From Balanoglossus misakiensis (Eukaryota; Animalia; Hemichordata), in contig CM082587.2 in assembly GCA_040954595.2 (NCBI GenBank), positions 3,986,093-4,050,092 on the forward strand: 64,000 nt of DNA. The letters are read 5' to 3'. The translations under genes were made by a program, and so were the position numbers. A model generated the notes under the pieces. That model was not told where the DNA came from and made no database searches. It saw only the letters and a program-made list of their open reading frames with translations. Shown here piece after piece: positions 1 to 13,372 of this stretch (positions are counted from its first letter, which is position 1; every line of letters starts with the position of its first letter).

Positions 1-179
1 GAGGAATGCATATATGTACAAGAAGCTTTTCATGGAAATTATACTGGTATTATATTTATCTGGTAACTTAAAGTGAGTATATATAGTCTTTTCCGGCCCA
101 TGCTTTTAAAAATTATTTTTCCAATCTGCGTCAGACAAATCCATGCACTTACAATTCTGAACATGCATTGTCTTCTCAG

Positions 180-3100
180 GAAACGATTACAAACTGGTCT
201 GCAAGACCGGCACCGCAGATCTGGATGACTGGAAGGTTGAAGACTGCCATATTGGATATGTGCCACGTCCGACCATCTTCACCCATCAGGACCGTAGCAG
301 CACCTATCGCAATGACATCTGGGACATTCTCAGCAGTGCTGTCACAGTATGGATCTATCCAACATGACAATCTTGCTTTAATTGTTTCACCCTTTAAACT
401 TGAGAAAGTCACCAACTTTTAAACATTATTTTGGTGATTTTCCCCTCTTTTGATAGGCTATGTATGTTGTACTACAGGAGCCTTATAAGATTTTGTATCA
501 TACCCTATAGCCTTTTCTAAAACCCAAAGCAAACCCTCTGGGGGAGCTCACATCCTATAGTACATCCGTCACGAGTCATATAGGATATATGTTGCCTTGA
601 GGGTTACTACAGGATTCCTACAAGCTTTTTAACACAGCAGATCTAGACCAATTTTGTGCTGTGAAATTTCAATATAGTGATATATACGATGGTTGGAATA
701 TGCTTTTTTTCAGCACTTCTCCCGAGATGACAACATGAACTTGTTTTCCTCCGACGACTACATCTGCAGAGCCGACCCCAACCCGACAGATCTGATCTTC
801 CGCGACGACACCCACGAGTTGGTGCACATCGAGGAGGACAAGACGTCGTACATCAACAAGTTCTTGGACGTCTATGACACCTGCGAGCACATGACGCCCA
901 AACCACGCGCCAAGTTCTGCGTGGTCACCCAGGAGGCGTACACCAAGTGTACGGAAATGAAGAGGCACTTCTACAGAACTGACAAGGTCAGATAATACAC
1001 AGAGAAGCATTTGGGAATTTCTTTGTGTTTCCTCCCTATAGGAAGTATGGTATCTGTAGTTCCCAGAACCAAATTCAAATTCAAATCTGTCATTTCCACC
1101 AGGTCAATGAGGTCAGCTGGGGCTGTCTGTGGGCACGTGACAAGATGGAGTGCATGAAAGCTGTGCACAATGGAACCGCCGACCTGATCTCACTGGATCC
1201 CATGGAGACTTTCATCGCCGGCCATGATTTCCATCTCCACCCAGTCCTCAGCCAGTACTTTGATGTCTTCCAAGAGGTAAGTAATCCACCAATCAGCTGT
1301 GATGTTACAGATGAATGTATAGTACGATACAAATGCAGGCTCAAAAAGCCAATCGTATTGGGCGTCCTGTCTGTGGCTGTGGGTATGGGCCCCATGCAGC
1401 ACAGTTGCTATAGTGCTAAGAGTAACTGCTACAATATATATGAGACTGATAAAAAACCCACAATTTATTCAATTTTGGGTAAGCTGACCAAGAAACATTC
1501 AGAATATGAATATTTGGAATAACTGAGACTGACTATTTTCATGCTTTCAGGAGAAAAATGGCAAGAAGTCGTACAACTGGGACACAGAGACCTACACCAT
1601 TGGTGTCATGCTGAAAAGTGTATACCAAGAGAAATTTGGCCGCGACAATGACTGGGTCCGTCTGGAAGGCCTCAATACCTGTCATTCAGGAATCTCTAGA
1701 GTAAGGACCTTGACATTGAACAAGTCTGTGATTTTGTTGGTCCTGTGCCGAAATCATGATGCTCAGAAATACCGGTAATTCATTTCTGTCCTCTTGTACA
1801 TGGCAGGTGTCAGCTTTCCATCACCCCATTGGTTGGCTCTTGGCCAATGGCACCATGCAACGCTGTCGATCTGTCTTCGAGTCTGTCAACCGATTCTTCC
1901 ATCGCAGCTGCATTCCAGGCAAGTGGAGATTGTTTTTTCAGAAATACAGTGTATACTAGTAACATATAAAAGAACAATATTTTTAGTTTTTAATGATGTA
2001 CCATATTTGCAATTTTGTCCTCAAAGTACCGGTACATCGACTAAATATTCTCTTGTTTTTATAAGTTCCAAAAGCTTGGTTGAAACACTAGGCGTTATTT
2101 TTTGTCAGCACTGCAGCCATTTGTTGTCATGGCGACAGTTGTCAAAGTATACTTCACATGTGTTCATGCATGCTGTGTCTTGCAAATTAATTTTGGCTGC
2201 AGGCGCCAAACACTGGGACATGAAGAATGACATTGTGCTTGGACAGGAGTTCAACTGGGGATACCAGGGCATCACCTTCTATAACTTCACCGGAGTTGAG
2301 TGGTTTGTCTGGAATGTGCCGTTCACATGGAATTACTACAACTGGTATCAACAGACACCAGCGTAAGTGTAGGGTCTGCTATTGGGTCTGTTTAAAGTAC
2401 GGTGAAAGCTGTCATTTAATATGGAAACCTCTCTATTATGGACAGATTTTCTGGTCCCAGAGATGTCCTTCAAATATACAAGATTCACTGTACAGTAAGA
2501 GCTAGCTAGGTGTGACTTATGCATTATGCACTCGAGTGCACTGTGATACATGTGATGTTGAGTTCAATAATACTAGTATTAAACTATTATTAAAAGTATG
2601 CCGAATTAGCAGTGCCGTGTGAATTCGATACATTTCACACTAAGTTTCAATTTGTTGGTTTGTTCAGTGCTCTGGAGACTCTGATGAGAAACGAATGGAT
2701 GGAAAACAGTGATGGTTGGAATGACAACAATGAGTGGAACTTGGCAGGAAAATCAAGGTATGGACTACGGTACTCTGGCTAGGAATTGGAATGCTGTTTA
2801 GACGTTGTGGTAGTTGATTAGAAGTGTGCATAGTTGAGTGTGCAGGGTAGCCATAATTTCACTCATCGGCAATTGGTTTCGGTTTCATGCAGAGCCCAGT
2901 GGAGAGTGTGGAACCAATTTAAATACAATCTGCGCAGCGTTCCCGAGTTCATCCTCCAGCGTATGCCAAACATTGAACAATTCTGGAACAACTGGAAGGC
3001 TGTGGGGGAAACTGGCGAAGTCACAGACACAGACTACAAGTGGATGAAACACCCAATTTTCATGGTATGTGTCACCATGCAGTGCTTTGGGTGGTTGTGT

Positions 3101-5907
3101 GGTTTGGTGGAAGAGGGCGGTACTAGCTCTGTTAAGATATGTGTACAAGTGATGGCATGTCAGCTATGGTATTGTGTAGACGTGTGTGTGTGCGAGTGTA
3201 TACCCACTTGTCTGCATGTTGTGATCAGGTTCTTTCAGCTGAGAACTTCTCCAGCACTGCAAGACTCTCTGCCACCCCCCCCCCCCACCCTCCTCACTGA
3301 AATTTGCTCTCTCCTTCCCTTGACAACAGAGTTACATGAGAGTGTACCACCCTGAAGTCGCCAAGCGATGGATCAACTTCTTTGACAACATGGACTGGTT
3401 GCCTGTTCAGGAGGGTGAATACAATCGTTACACCAATCCAATCTGGCTGTCGGAACACTGGGAAGAATTCCAGAACAACATGAAGGTATCTAACTGTGTC
3501 ATGGAGGGTACTGTGCTTTTAGAAAACGGGGATATGTAAATTGGTATAAGATACCCACAGTAAGATTCAGCTAACAGACTCTCACAAGCTTTGCCTACAC
3601 AATGTGCTAAAATGACAAAGGCCTATATCAGTACAACATTTCAAGAGCTCTTTAGCAGAATGTGGGCTGTGAGTGAGTCTTAGAGACAATGCAACTTGTC
3701 TGAAAGTGTGAAATTTGGCCAAAAAAATGTCAGTGAAAATTACCGGCCGCGCCACCTTGCTTGTGGTGATCAGACGGTTTGCTTTTTCATTTGAAGGTTC
3801 ACCGCGAGGAATTGTGTACGAGCTGCGGCGGTTACAAAGAGATGAACTGTGTGGAGGGAACTGAGGAGCCCTACTGGGGAACCCTGGGAAGCCTGCGCTG
3901 CGTCGAGGAGCATCGCGGTGACATCGCTTTCCTTGAAGCCCACAAGTTCGAGCCGTACGCCTACGACATTGGCCTGATCCCGCAGGACTTTGTCCTGGTC
4001 TGCCCCTCCGGCAAAGTGGTCCACTACGTTGATGAACGCAGCATTGAGAACTGTCACTTGGGACGGGTGCCGTTCCCAGCTTTGGTGACCTCCCAGAGAC
4101 ACACAGGTAAAAGCCCTCCCAGTGACAATAATGTATTTTGTGGATACATGTGTATGTTTAACCCTTTCACACCCCTAGTTAATTGTATAGAGGTCCAACT
4201 TTACCATAGAAAACAAAGAATCTGGACCAAACCATGGTGGTGAAAGGGTTAAGAGTACGGACAAAACCAGACTTAATTGGTCAGAGAAACTTGCAAAGTT
4301 GGTGTATCTGTTCATCTCCAGTCATTGCTGCATGCACCCTATTCTCTGAACACTGTTCTTTGCGCCTGCAGGCAGCTGGCGTTGGAACGTGACCAAGGCG
4401 CTCCTGCACGCTCAGAAGATCTTCGACGACCACGAGACCAACGACTTCCACTTCGTCATGTTCGGTGAACACAGTGTGTTCCATCGACACACCACCAAGC
4501 TCCACCCAATCCACCTCATCAACCAGACCCACCACAGCTGGCTGGGACCCATGTTCCTTCGATCCATGGAGGCCCTTGTTAAACCATCCAACAGTGAGTA
4601 ATAATCTAAGTGCTACTTCGATGAGTGTACTAGAACAGCTAGTGCACTCTGCAGCTGGTTGTCTCTATGCTGAGCATATGACAGGGTCGTTTTTAGACAA
4701 AATGAAAAACAAACTGTCTTCTTCAAATTTGGTGGTCTGATGATATATGGAAGTCTCCTGGGATACTAGATCCCTTTGTGAATGACACACAAGCCATTTA
4801 ATTCAATCTATTAAGATTTCACAAGGGGAAAACTATTTTCCCTCAGCATGTTAGACATGACATCATTTAGTTCAACCAGGTTCTCAATCTTTTTACTCTT
4901 ACTCTTAGATAACCTGCAGTGCAGGAGTAAGAAGATCAGCCATGGCGAGACCTTCTCCAATGTCATCTATCAACGTGACGGTCGCTGTAACGCCATCGTC
5001 AAGGACGTCACCTGCCATGGTAACCCAGATCCCAAAACCATGTACCTTGGACGTATTGGCCACAAATACAGCGTGGATGTTGCAATGTGCAGGTGAGCGT
5101 GACTCCATGATACTGAAATAATCACCAAATTGGCTTTTTTGAAAATGTTAGTTCAATCTTTAGCGATGGTTTATTTTGATGAACTTTGATGAAACTAAAT
5201 TGCAGTCATAAAATTCTTTGTAAGTCAGGTTGTGACTTTAATATTTTAATTATTCTTTTTTTTTCTCGAACAGTCGCCCATCTCGCTTCATGCGCAAGAT
5301 GGTTGAATTCACCTGTGACACCGGCTATGGTTACATCACACCTGTCATGGTGCCCACCGAGTGCGAGAGCGTACCGTGTGAAGACATGACCCACGCACCG
5401 GACTGGAGCCACGACCACCACTGGACCACGGACGAAAGGAAGTACGAACCGAATGAGTTTGAAACCCAGCACATGGATTTGTGGGGTAAGTTAAACGCAC
5501 AGCATGAAAAATAAGGATGAAAACTGCCTGAGCACTTTTCCTTCAAAGGGGACTGTGTCATTGACAATGACTTGTGTCTAATTTTTTGTCTGTCTGTCTG
5601 TTTGTCTCTAGGCAACAAACCGTGGTGGATGCATAGGGACACCTATGACAACTGGTTTCACGACCGTACCGTCTATCCGCTCAACCAGGACTGGAACATG
5701 AACCAGCATCGTGTGAGGAACATCGACAGAAACGATTGGTGGTCAGTCAGCAGTGACAACAACGACGACGACAACAAAGTTTGTGAGAAGTTCTGGTCCG
5801 GCACGGAATGGCACGGCGAGTGGTACCCCCACATGCATCACAACGTCTGCAATCGCCACGGCAACAGGTACAACAACCAGGACCTCAACACCAAGACGCG
5901 TCAGTAG
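180..5907 (+). CDS. MYP: Major yolk protein / toposome (transferrin superfamily), 3' portion; 5' exons lie upstream of the window
   Basis: In-phase exons ~180-346, 714-986, 1103-1276, 1551-1700, 1807-1918, 2203-2362, 2668-2757, 2893-3064, 3330-3485, 3797-4106, 4372-4593, 4909-5092, 5274-5485, 5612-5907 (TAG). Transferrin-lobe motifs: DYKLVC..DCHIGYVP, KFCVV..EAYTKC, CMKAVHNGTADLISLD, TCHSGISR, GSLRCVEEHRGDIAF, FVLVCPSG, NCHLGRVP. The large Trp-rich lobe insertion is typical of echinoderm MYP. AATAAA at 6151. Confidence 0.85.
4158..4252. mobile_element. ~90-bp TTAA-flanked MITE, copy 1 (piggyBac-like ends)
   Basis: TTAA-CCCTTTCAC ... GTGAAAGGG-TTAA terminal inverted repeats; lies in an MYP intron; homologous to the copies at 10319 and 12123. 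Confidence 0.75.
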
Positions 5908-8900
5908 AGGAGTTTGGATGACACTGTGTGTCTAACCAAATAGCCCCCTACGAAATCCAGGAATGTTGAAAGATGATCTCCTTAGATCAGTATGGTGATG
6001 GTGCTTCAAATAGGTTTTCATTTTCTTCATATATCACCTGTGTATACTCAATCAAGGCTAGAAGTATATCTCATGCATGAACATAGTATGTGTGTGTTTA
6101 TCGGGAACCTTGGATCTGTAGTTTTTTTTTAATTTTCTTCCCTTGAAAAAAATAAAGCTTGTCATATTTTGTAGCACAAAACCTTGCTCGTCTGTTCTTG
6201 TACATGTTGTTCTTTGCATGTTGGGGGCTATTTTGAACAGGAAGAGTATTGGTGTGGCAACTTCAACCTACCACAAAACACCAAATTTCAAACAGGAACT
6301 GAGTATATGTGAAGCAATGTAAAAGTGGATGATTCCCTTTCAATGTCACATTAAATGAAACTGCTGGGGAAAATGTCCAACATTACAAAAATCAGTACAA
6401 AGGACTTAATTTGGTTTACTGTAAATTTTTATTTCATCCTATCGGATCTATTCCAGGCATGGGAGATACAGAAAGTACATACAATGTAGTTGGTCAGGTA
6501 TTTAAAGTATAACAGTACATTTGTACAGTTTCTACTCTCAACTAGCAAAGTAAATAATCTCTCGGTGCAGTCATTCAGACAAGTGTGCCCTCAATGGCAG
6601 AATACAGTAAGTTATGAAAGCGGTACATGTATATGTGAAATACAAAAAATTTACTTCCACACAAATTCTTACAGTGACGTAATAGTTAGAAGAGATCGAG
6701 AAATGCATTGTGATTATATTTTTTTCACAGCATTTATCCAACAGAATACCTGCATCAAAAATAATATAATTGCTAAATAAAATAATCTATTGTTAAGTTT
6801 TTTTTTTACTAGAGAGAAACATATATGCCCAATTTTAAAGGAATGTATTTTTGGTGTTGCATTCTCAACGCACAACATTTTTTTGAAAAATTTTCATTAA
6901 ATAAATACTTCCAGACTTCTACAGGAAGAAATGAAATACTGACTATGCAGTTAGAATACCTGGAAACTTAGAGGCAAATTAACAACAAAATATAATGACT
7001 ATATAATCTTTTCAAATTTACATGTTTTCATCAACAATGAGAGAGGGTATTTGCATTTGCTTGGTTTTTTTTACGGGCAGTGTGTATTACTTACTATAAA
7101 CCATTTTGAATATTGCAAAAATAACTGAGTTGGCTTTTGGTATTCCTATTAGGAGACCTAAAAATATCCATTTTCAATGAGAAAAAAATTGTCCTTATTC
7201 AAAAGACCCTGGCTGACTGAGACCATCATTCCAAAATGTGATAATATTCAATATTAAACAGAAAATCTTTCTGAAGTGTGTATTACAAAACACCAGACAT
7301 GGGTGATAGATATTTTCATTGAGTACATTTATACTCTAAAAACGAAATCACGTAGTGTTCCAAAAGTGATAGGTACTTCATATTTTTATGGTACAAAACA
7401 GACCACACTTCATCATGAAGCATTCATGTGGTCGTCTGTTTTTCAAATGCCAGATATTCTTGCGCTGTAACTAAGACAACGGAAATGCCCAACCCAAATC
7501 TGGTTCTCTAGAGTTAACCTTTCTTTTTCATCACCATAATAAGGTTCAAGCTGTGTTCAACCGTCTTTCTATTTTCAATGTAATGGTTGAACCCAGACAC
7601 AGAATAACAGATGGAAAAGTTAAATACTTCTGAACTAACAGAGGTCCATTCGTTTGTATTTCCAAACCACAGACAGTAAAAATAGAGAGGAGCAAGCCCT
7701 CTCCTTTTTACTGTCTACGGCAGAAATTCAATATTACTAATAATATCAACAGTAATTTGCAGCAGAACTGGCCCATTTCAAACCTATAAATCAAAATAAC
7801 AGATGTTTTTATTATCATCTACATACAGCTACTTTTTAAGCATATTTACTGTTCCAGCATATAAAACTCTTTTCATTCACAATTTTACATGTTTAATTGT
7901 TAATACTCCCCTATAAGTAAATGAGGGTACATGTAGCTATGTATGTAAAATATAACAAAACGCTGCCTCCCCCCAATATATAGGATTCATTATAATCTCA
8001 AGCAGAAAGGTTTTAACTGTCTTCCTGTTGAGTGTTACATATCATTTAGTGATAAACAAAGGAGAACTTGGCAGTTATGCCTGAATGTCTTCGACAAGAA
8101 GTGAGAAAGAAATCGGAAAGCAAAGAAAATATCATGGACCAGGTCCAAAAAGGAATTTTACATTTCATTGACAAGTGGCAGTATCTAAGTAAGAAAATTT
8201 AACCTAAAGAAAATATAGAGATTTTGCATCTTATTCTCCTTTTCAACTCATTCACATCTTTCCTAAGTATAGAAGATAAAAATATAAAGATTACTTTTAA
8301 CACACCACCATTTCACATGATTAATAATTTAAGGTACAACATGTAGTACATGCCTAGGGGACAGATTTTTTAGAAAAATGAAAGTCCTCCAAACTATTCT
8401 ATCTCAGTTGTGGATAAGATGGGTTTCTCTGTAAATTTCACATTTCATGATCTTTTTATGGGCCAAAAACATCCAGACTTAATTACACTGAAAAGTCTGC
8501 ATAGGAGCATCTAGTCGTACGTACGGTTTGGAAATAAGATTCTATAATGTTATTTGTTTATGTCATGTTTGGAGAGAACGGCAGTCAACATTTATCTACA
8601 ATAACAGGGCAGTATGAGGGTGGACATATGGCTTCGACTGCCAAAAGGTTTCAGACAGTCAGAGTATAAATTTGATATCTTGTGTGGGGACGACAGGTAT
8701 GGACAGACCGCCCATGCGACTAGATTCTGAAGAGGGTGGAGCCTCAATCAACTCACAACCACAACCAATCACAGGACAGTGACATTGCATGATTGACACC
8801 TGTCATTGGCGTCATTTGATGACCAAAAAATCCCAGGATAACATCGATATGATAGTTGCTACACACATTGACAACATTCTGTTCTAAATTAACAAGCAAA

Positions 8901-9984
8901 TATCCAGTTCCTCAACATGTGAAATGTAAATCGTGTTCCGAAGCTGACAAGTTAAGACTGGCAACCTGACAATTTTTTCAAACTACTTCTGAAATGATGT
9001 ATTTTGGAATTTCCCCTGAAATAACAATTTTGAAAGATATAAGGCAGTGATGGTTTGAATTTCTGTGTACTAAGCAATTTCACCTGCTTTGAAGGTCAGC
9101 TGTTCTTTGTTTTACTATTCGTTAATATCTTAATTGCTTGGGTTGAATTCAACCATTTTGAATATACTGATATCTGAAGTAATGAATGTTTTTCTGACAA
9201 TTTGCATTCCAAACACAACTCCTTTGATACAGAAAATAAATTTAAGACCGAGTTTTGTGTGAACATTTTCACTTTACAACACTAGGGCTATCTCTTCACT
9301 TCAGGATGCAAAGATCAAAACTCATATTCTAATTATCACGCGTCACGTTTTCTGAGCATTTTATCAGAAAAGTAGACTGTCAAATCTTTACTGGCATGGT
9401 ACAATATGAATAACAAAGTGATATTACTTCTTATACAAAAGTACATTGTAGTACCAAATCAGTACTATTATACAAGGACAAAAAATTAAGTAGTAAAATA
9501 GTTAAGAACGAGAAAACAGAACGAATATGCCCAAATAGTGACTTATTGCTAACAACGCTTCCCTGTTATATGACGGGTTTCCTGCGTTTACGTCACAAAA
9601 TATTAATACAAATGATTATGAAGTTGGTTGTTTCAATCGTTGGTGCAAAACTCTTGAATCCGGCGATTGTTGAAAACAGCAAAGTATGTGTAACAGACAA
9701 AGAAATAATTTTTTCTCACTATAAAAATCTCATAACATCATATATGCCCGTACCCGTCAGTTTTTACTGGCGGACACTGATTATCCAATTATCAGGAGTG
9801 GACAGCAAGTGTGTGTATCGTTATGTAAAACTCACATGATGATGATGGACTTTCTTGTCGTGAAGTAGTTTTATACCTCGGAATACAAAAAAACGTAGCT
9901 CGGACGACGAGGGAAGACGAAGGATTAAACGAGGTCTCAGTTTTTGAGGCGACGGTGGTTAGTGACGGCGTCTTGGCAGGAATT

Positions 9985-12900
9985 TCAGTGGGGACGGCTG
10001 CTGCTGCTGTTGGTGCTTGCGGACACGACGGAATCCGAGTGGTGTTTGAGGATGACCTTTCCGTTTCCGTTGCCGTTCCGGGGCTTCAAACCTCCGTTGA
10101 GGATGTCTTTGATGTGGAGTACTATGAGACTTATTGCAACTGTGTGGAAAAGTGACGGGGGGAAAAACATTTACTACCTTCTTGATGATGTGACGCTCGG
10201 CTTTGAAACCCGGAATTCGGAAGGTACAAAGAAAATCGTGTGTGAAAAGTGGCCATAGAAACGTGTATTCAGTTGAACGCGCTCACCCATGTGTGTTTAT
10301 TTCACACTTTTGTCACACTTAACCCTTTCACCCCCAGTTCCCTCTTTTACGGTCCAACCATACCATAGAAAACAATGGGTTTGGACTGAACCATGGTGGT
10401 GAAAGGGTTAAAGTTGATAAGTTGAGAATCCAACATGCATGAAACTTTACATCTGTGCTTGTTTGATATAAACAACTGTTGGACGTTCTTCATTCTCTGT
10501 TTAATACCGATCAGATCGCTCTTCCAGAATCTCACATGCTGTTAAAACTGTCGACATTTGCAATCAGCAACAAGAACACGATCTACAATTGTTCTTAATA
10601 TTGCGTTTCACAAATTACCTTTGTTTTCGACCCCTTTTGGAATGATAACGTCGGCGTACTTTTTCGTTGGCAGGCAGAACTCCTCAAAGGCCGGCTTCAC
10701 GTACAGGGTGTACTGTGTCAGGATCTGTTCGAGGGGTCTTCCCATTTCATTGATATCTCGGAGAACTGGGAATTTGATGGATCACAGTTGGAAAAACGAT
10801 GCTCAGTGACAATGTGAGATTAAGCAGGCCACACTCTCCCCCCGCAAAATTATCACGATCATGTCCCATGGAAAGACTTGCGGTACCACCGTAATGACTT
10901 GAGGTATACATGTACATTCACTAATGTGGTTCCACTGAGCATACTTAATCATATATAGGAGTTGTCAAATCTCTGGGTCAAGAAATAGTCACTACTGAAC
11001 GAATGGCACTGAACATACATAGACAGACACACACAACTTGTCTCAAGAATACATCTGATAAACATTTTGAAAACATCACAAGCGTAAGAGTGACCAACCT
11101 CGTCTCGAAAGCCTGGTGTCAGGATCTGTGTCCACAAACAACTTCATCTGAAAGAGATTCCTGGTTTCCTTCGAGTAGAACACTAGGATGCCTTCTATAA
11201 GCACTACGTCTGCGGGATACACCACTGTGTTTTCGTCTGTTTTCCTGTGAAGAAAAAGTGGCCATGTATTAATGGATGCAAGTCCTCAAACACAAAGCAA
11301 AGAATACAAAATTAATGTCAAATAGCACAGCATCATAAGTGGTTTACACCATTGACATTGTAAGAGGTGACACAAATTTTCCACAGTTTAAAAAGTTTCA
11401 TTTTTCCCAGACTTTCAGGTACTTTGCAGGTGGGGCAACAGATTCCCAAACTTTTCCAGGAGTGTATAAACAACCCTTCTGATGTAGATACAAACGACCT
11501 TAAATGTCAATCCACAAAAACTGACCGTGAATGTGTCTTGAAGTCGTACACTGGTATCTTGACCGTCTTTCCCTTGCTGATGTCCACGAGTGTCTGTCTG
11601 AACAACTCGTGATCGAACGCATCTGTCAGCAAAAATGAACTATTGATGTGATATCTGGGTTGTGGTTTCAGCAGCTCTGCAAAGTTCTGCTGACGAGGAG
11701 TGGCGAAACTCACCACTTCTCAGTAATGTTATCTCTGCAGGGTTTTTTGTCAAACGCTGCCTTTACAGTTGGAGTTTACTCAAGGTCAAGGTTTTTTTTT
11801 ATCATACGCTGTTTGACTTTGAAGAAGTTTCGCTCCATGTGAATTTTTGTACCATAACACAACAAAACAAAAATCTTGTGACTGATTACGACAGAAATGT
11901 AAATGGTGAAATGATGACAGATGGTCGTGTTTATACCTGGGTGATCAAAGTTAAATAGGCCCTTGAATGCTTTTGCCTTCTCTGCTTCTGTCAAATTGCG
12001 ATAGAAACTCTCTTGACTGATTGTAGCCACTTGTCGTTTTTTCCTGTCCACTTCATTCTGACCCAGTTCTTCCATGATCTTTTCGCATACTGATGACTGT
12101 GAAAAGAGAGAAAAAGAGGAAGTTAACCCTTTCATCCCCAGTTCCCTTTAATAGAGTTCCAACTGTATCATAGAAAACAATGGGTATGGACTGAACCATG
12201 GTGGTGCAAGGGTTATAGCCATGCGTAACACACATACATATGTTTGTTAAAAGAAACTCGTCCTTTCTACAACTGCTAAGAAATTATACAAAGTCTGAAA
12301 CAGAGATAACTACTGTATTTTTGTGTTGCTTTAGACTCCAGGGACATCAAGGTCGTAAAGAAAGGTCATCAAGTTCAAGTTGACAAATGTTTTCCATTTT
12401 AATCCTGCACTTCATCACGTGACCTAATTTATGACGCCAAGGTCTTGCCCTGATTATTGTTTTGTCCAAGCGTGGTTGCTTGCGTGTATAAAACACAGTT
12501 ATATGCATCGCCGACTTGCATCACAATTACACCAATCGGGGGTATCCCTTGTCAGGTGGCAAGACCCAAGCTCAGGTGACGCAACACGGGGGCAATGACA
12601 CGCACGTACGTTTCCACTAAGGAGACGCGCAATTGACTTTTCCTCTTATTTGAATTTTCGACAACAAGTTTTGACCCTTGTTGAAGTTACAGCTGAACAA
12701 ATTCATGCTGCCCTACAGACGTCGGAGAAATACGAACCGTTTATTCAAAAATACGATGTTTTAAATGAGATAACCCTTTGTACTAGAACACGTGTCAGTA
12801 CAAAATATACATGCTTTCATTGTGAAAAGATGGCGCGTCAGGAGGACTTCATATAAACTGACCTTATAGGAAAAATTACAGCTGAATTTACAAAAGCCCG

Positions 12901-12995
12901 CGCTGGCGAACTTATTGATATTTTACCTTTCCAGACGCTGTTCCTCCGGCCACGCCGATAAGGAATGGTAGGCGTGGGTAGCCGTTTTTCAACAT
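9985..12995 (-). CDS. UCK2: Uridine-cytidine kinase (UCK1/UCK2 family)
   Basis: Exons ~12995-12927 ([15 protein letters not shown]-loop), 12096-11937 (SQESFY..FNFDHP), 11622-11526 ([14 protein letters not shown]), 11244-11099, 10765-10619, 10139-9985. The C-terminus SSSRPH* matches vertebrate UCKs. The start codon is uncertain (see findings). Confidence 0.92.
10319..10411. mobile_element. TTAA-flanked MITE, copy 2
   Basis: TTAACCCTTTCAC...AACCATGGTGGTGAAAGGGTTAA in the last UCK intron. Confidence 0.75.
12123..12216. mobile_element. TTAA-flanked MITE, copy 3 (right end slightly decayed)
   Basis: TTAACCCTTTCATCCCCAG...AACCATGGTGGTGCAAGGGTTAT in UCK intron 1. Confidence 0.7.
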
Positions 12996-13372
12996 CACAT
13001 CAGAGTCGCTCAACGCTTTCCGTGCCTGGAGAGCATCGGAAGAAGCAAAGGCGTCTGGGTAACCGAGACTATGCCGCCGCCATGTTGTGCGACCAAACAC
13101 TGGAATTGGATTCAGATTGTGAACGGTGGCGAATCTTGAAACGCGCCACGTTCCCATCCCACACACAGAAAAAAATGCTGTTTACTTACGTCGAAAGATG
13201 CTAAATTCACTATAAAAAGTTAAAATTAGTTGGTTAATTAACGATTTTCCTGAATTGGCCGAAAAGTTTTGCCCGTAAACTTTTAAAGCAAGGACAATAC
13301 GCAACAATTCAGAATGCACAATCTGAATCAGTTTGAGACCCATTCGTTAGTGTCCCTGATAGGATTTCAACC
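12996..13372. promoter_or_regulatory. Bidirectional promoter and 5'UTRs of UCK and TMCO1
   Basis: Divergent start codons ~380 bp apart; YY1-like GCCGCCATGTT at ~13076-13086. Confidence 0.6.

Noticed and set aside
8509-8724. Imperfect inverted ends ATCTAGTCG..CGACTAGAT suggesting a MITE
   Set aside because: Only ~9 bp is perfect, there is no clear TSD, and it is single-copy in the window
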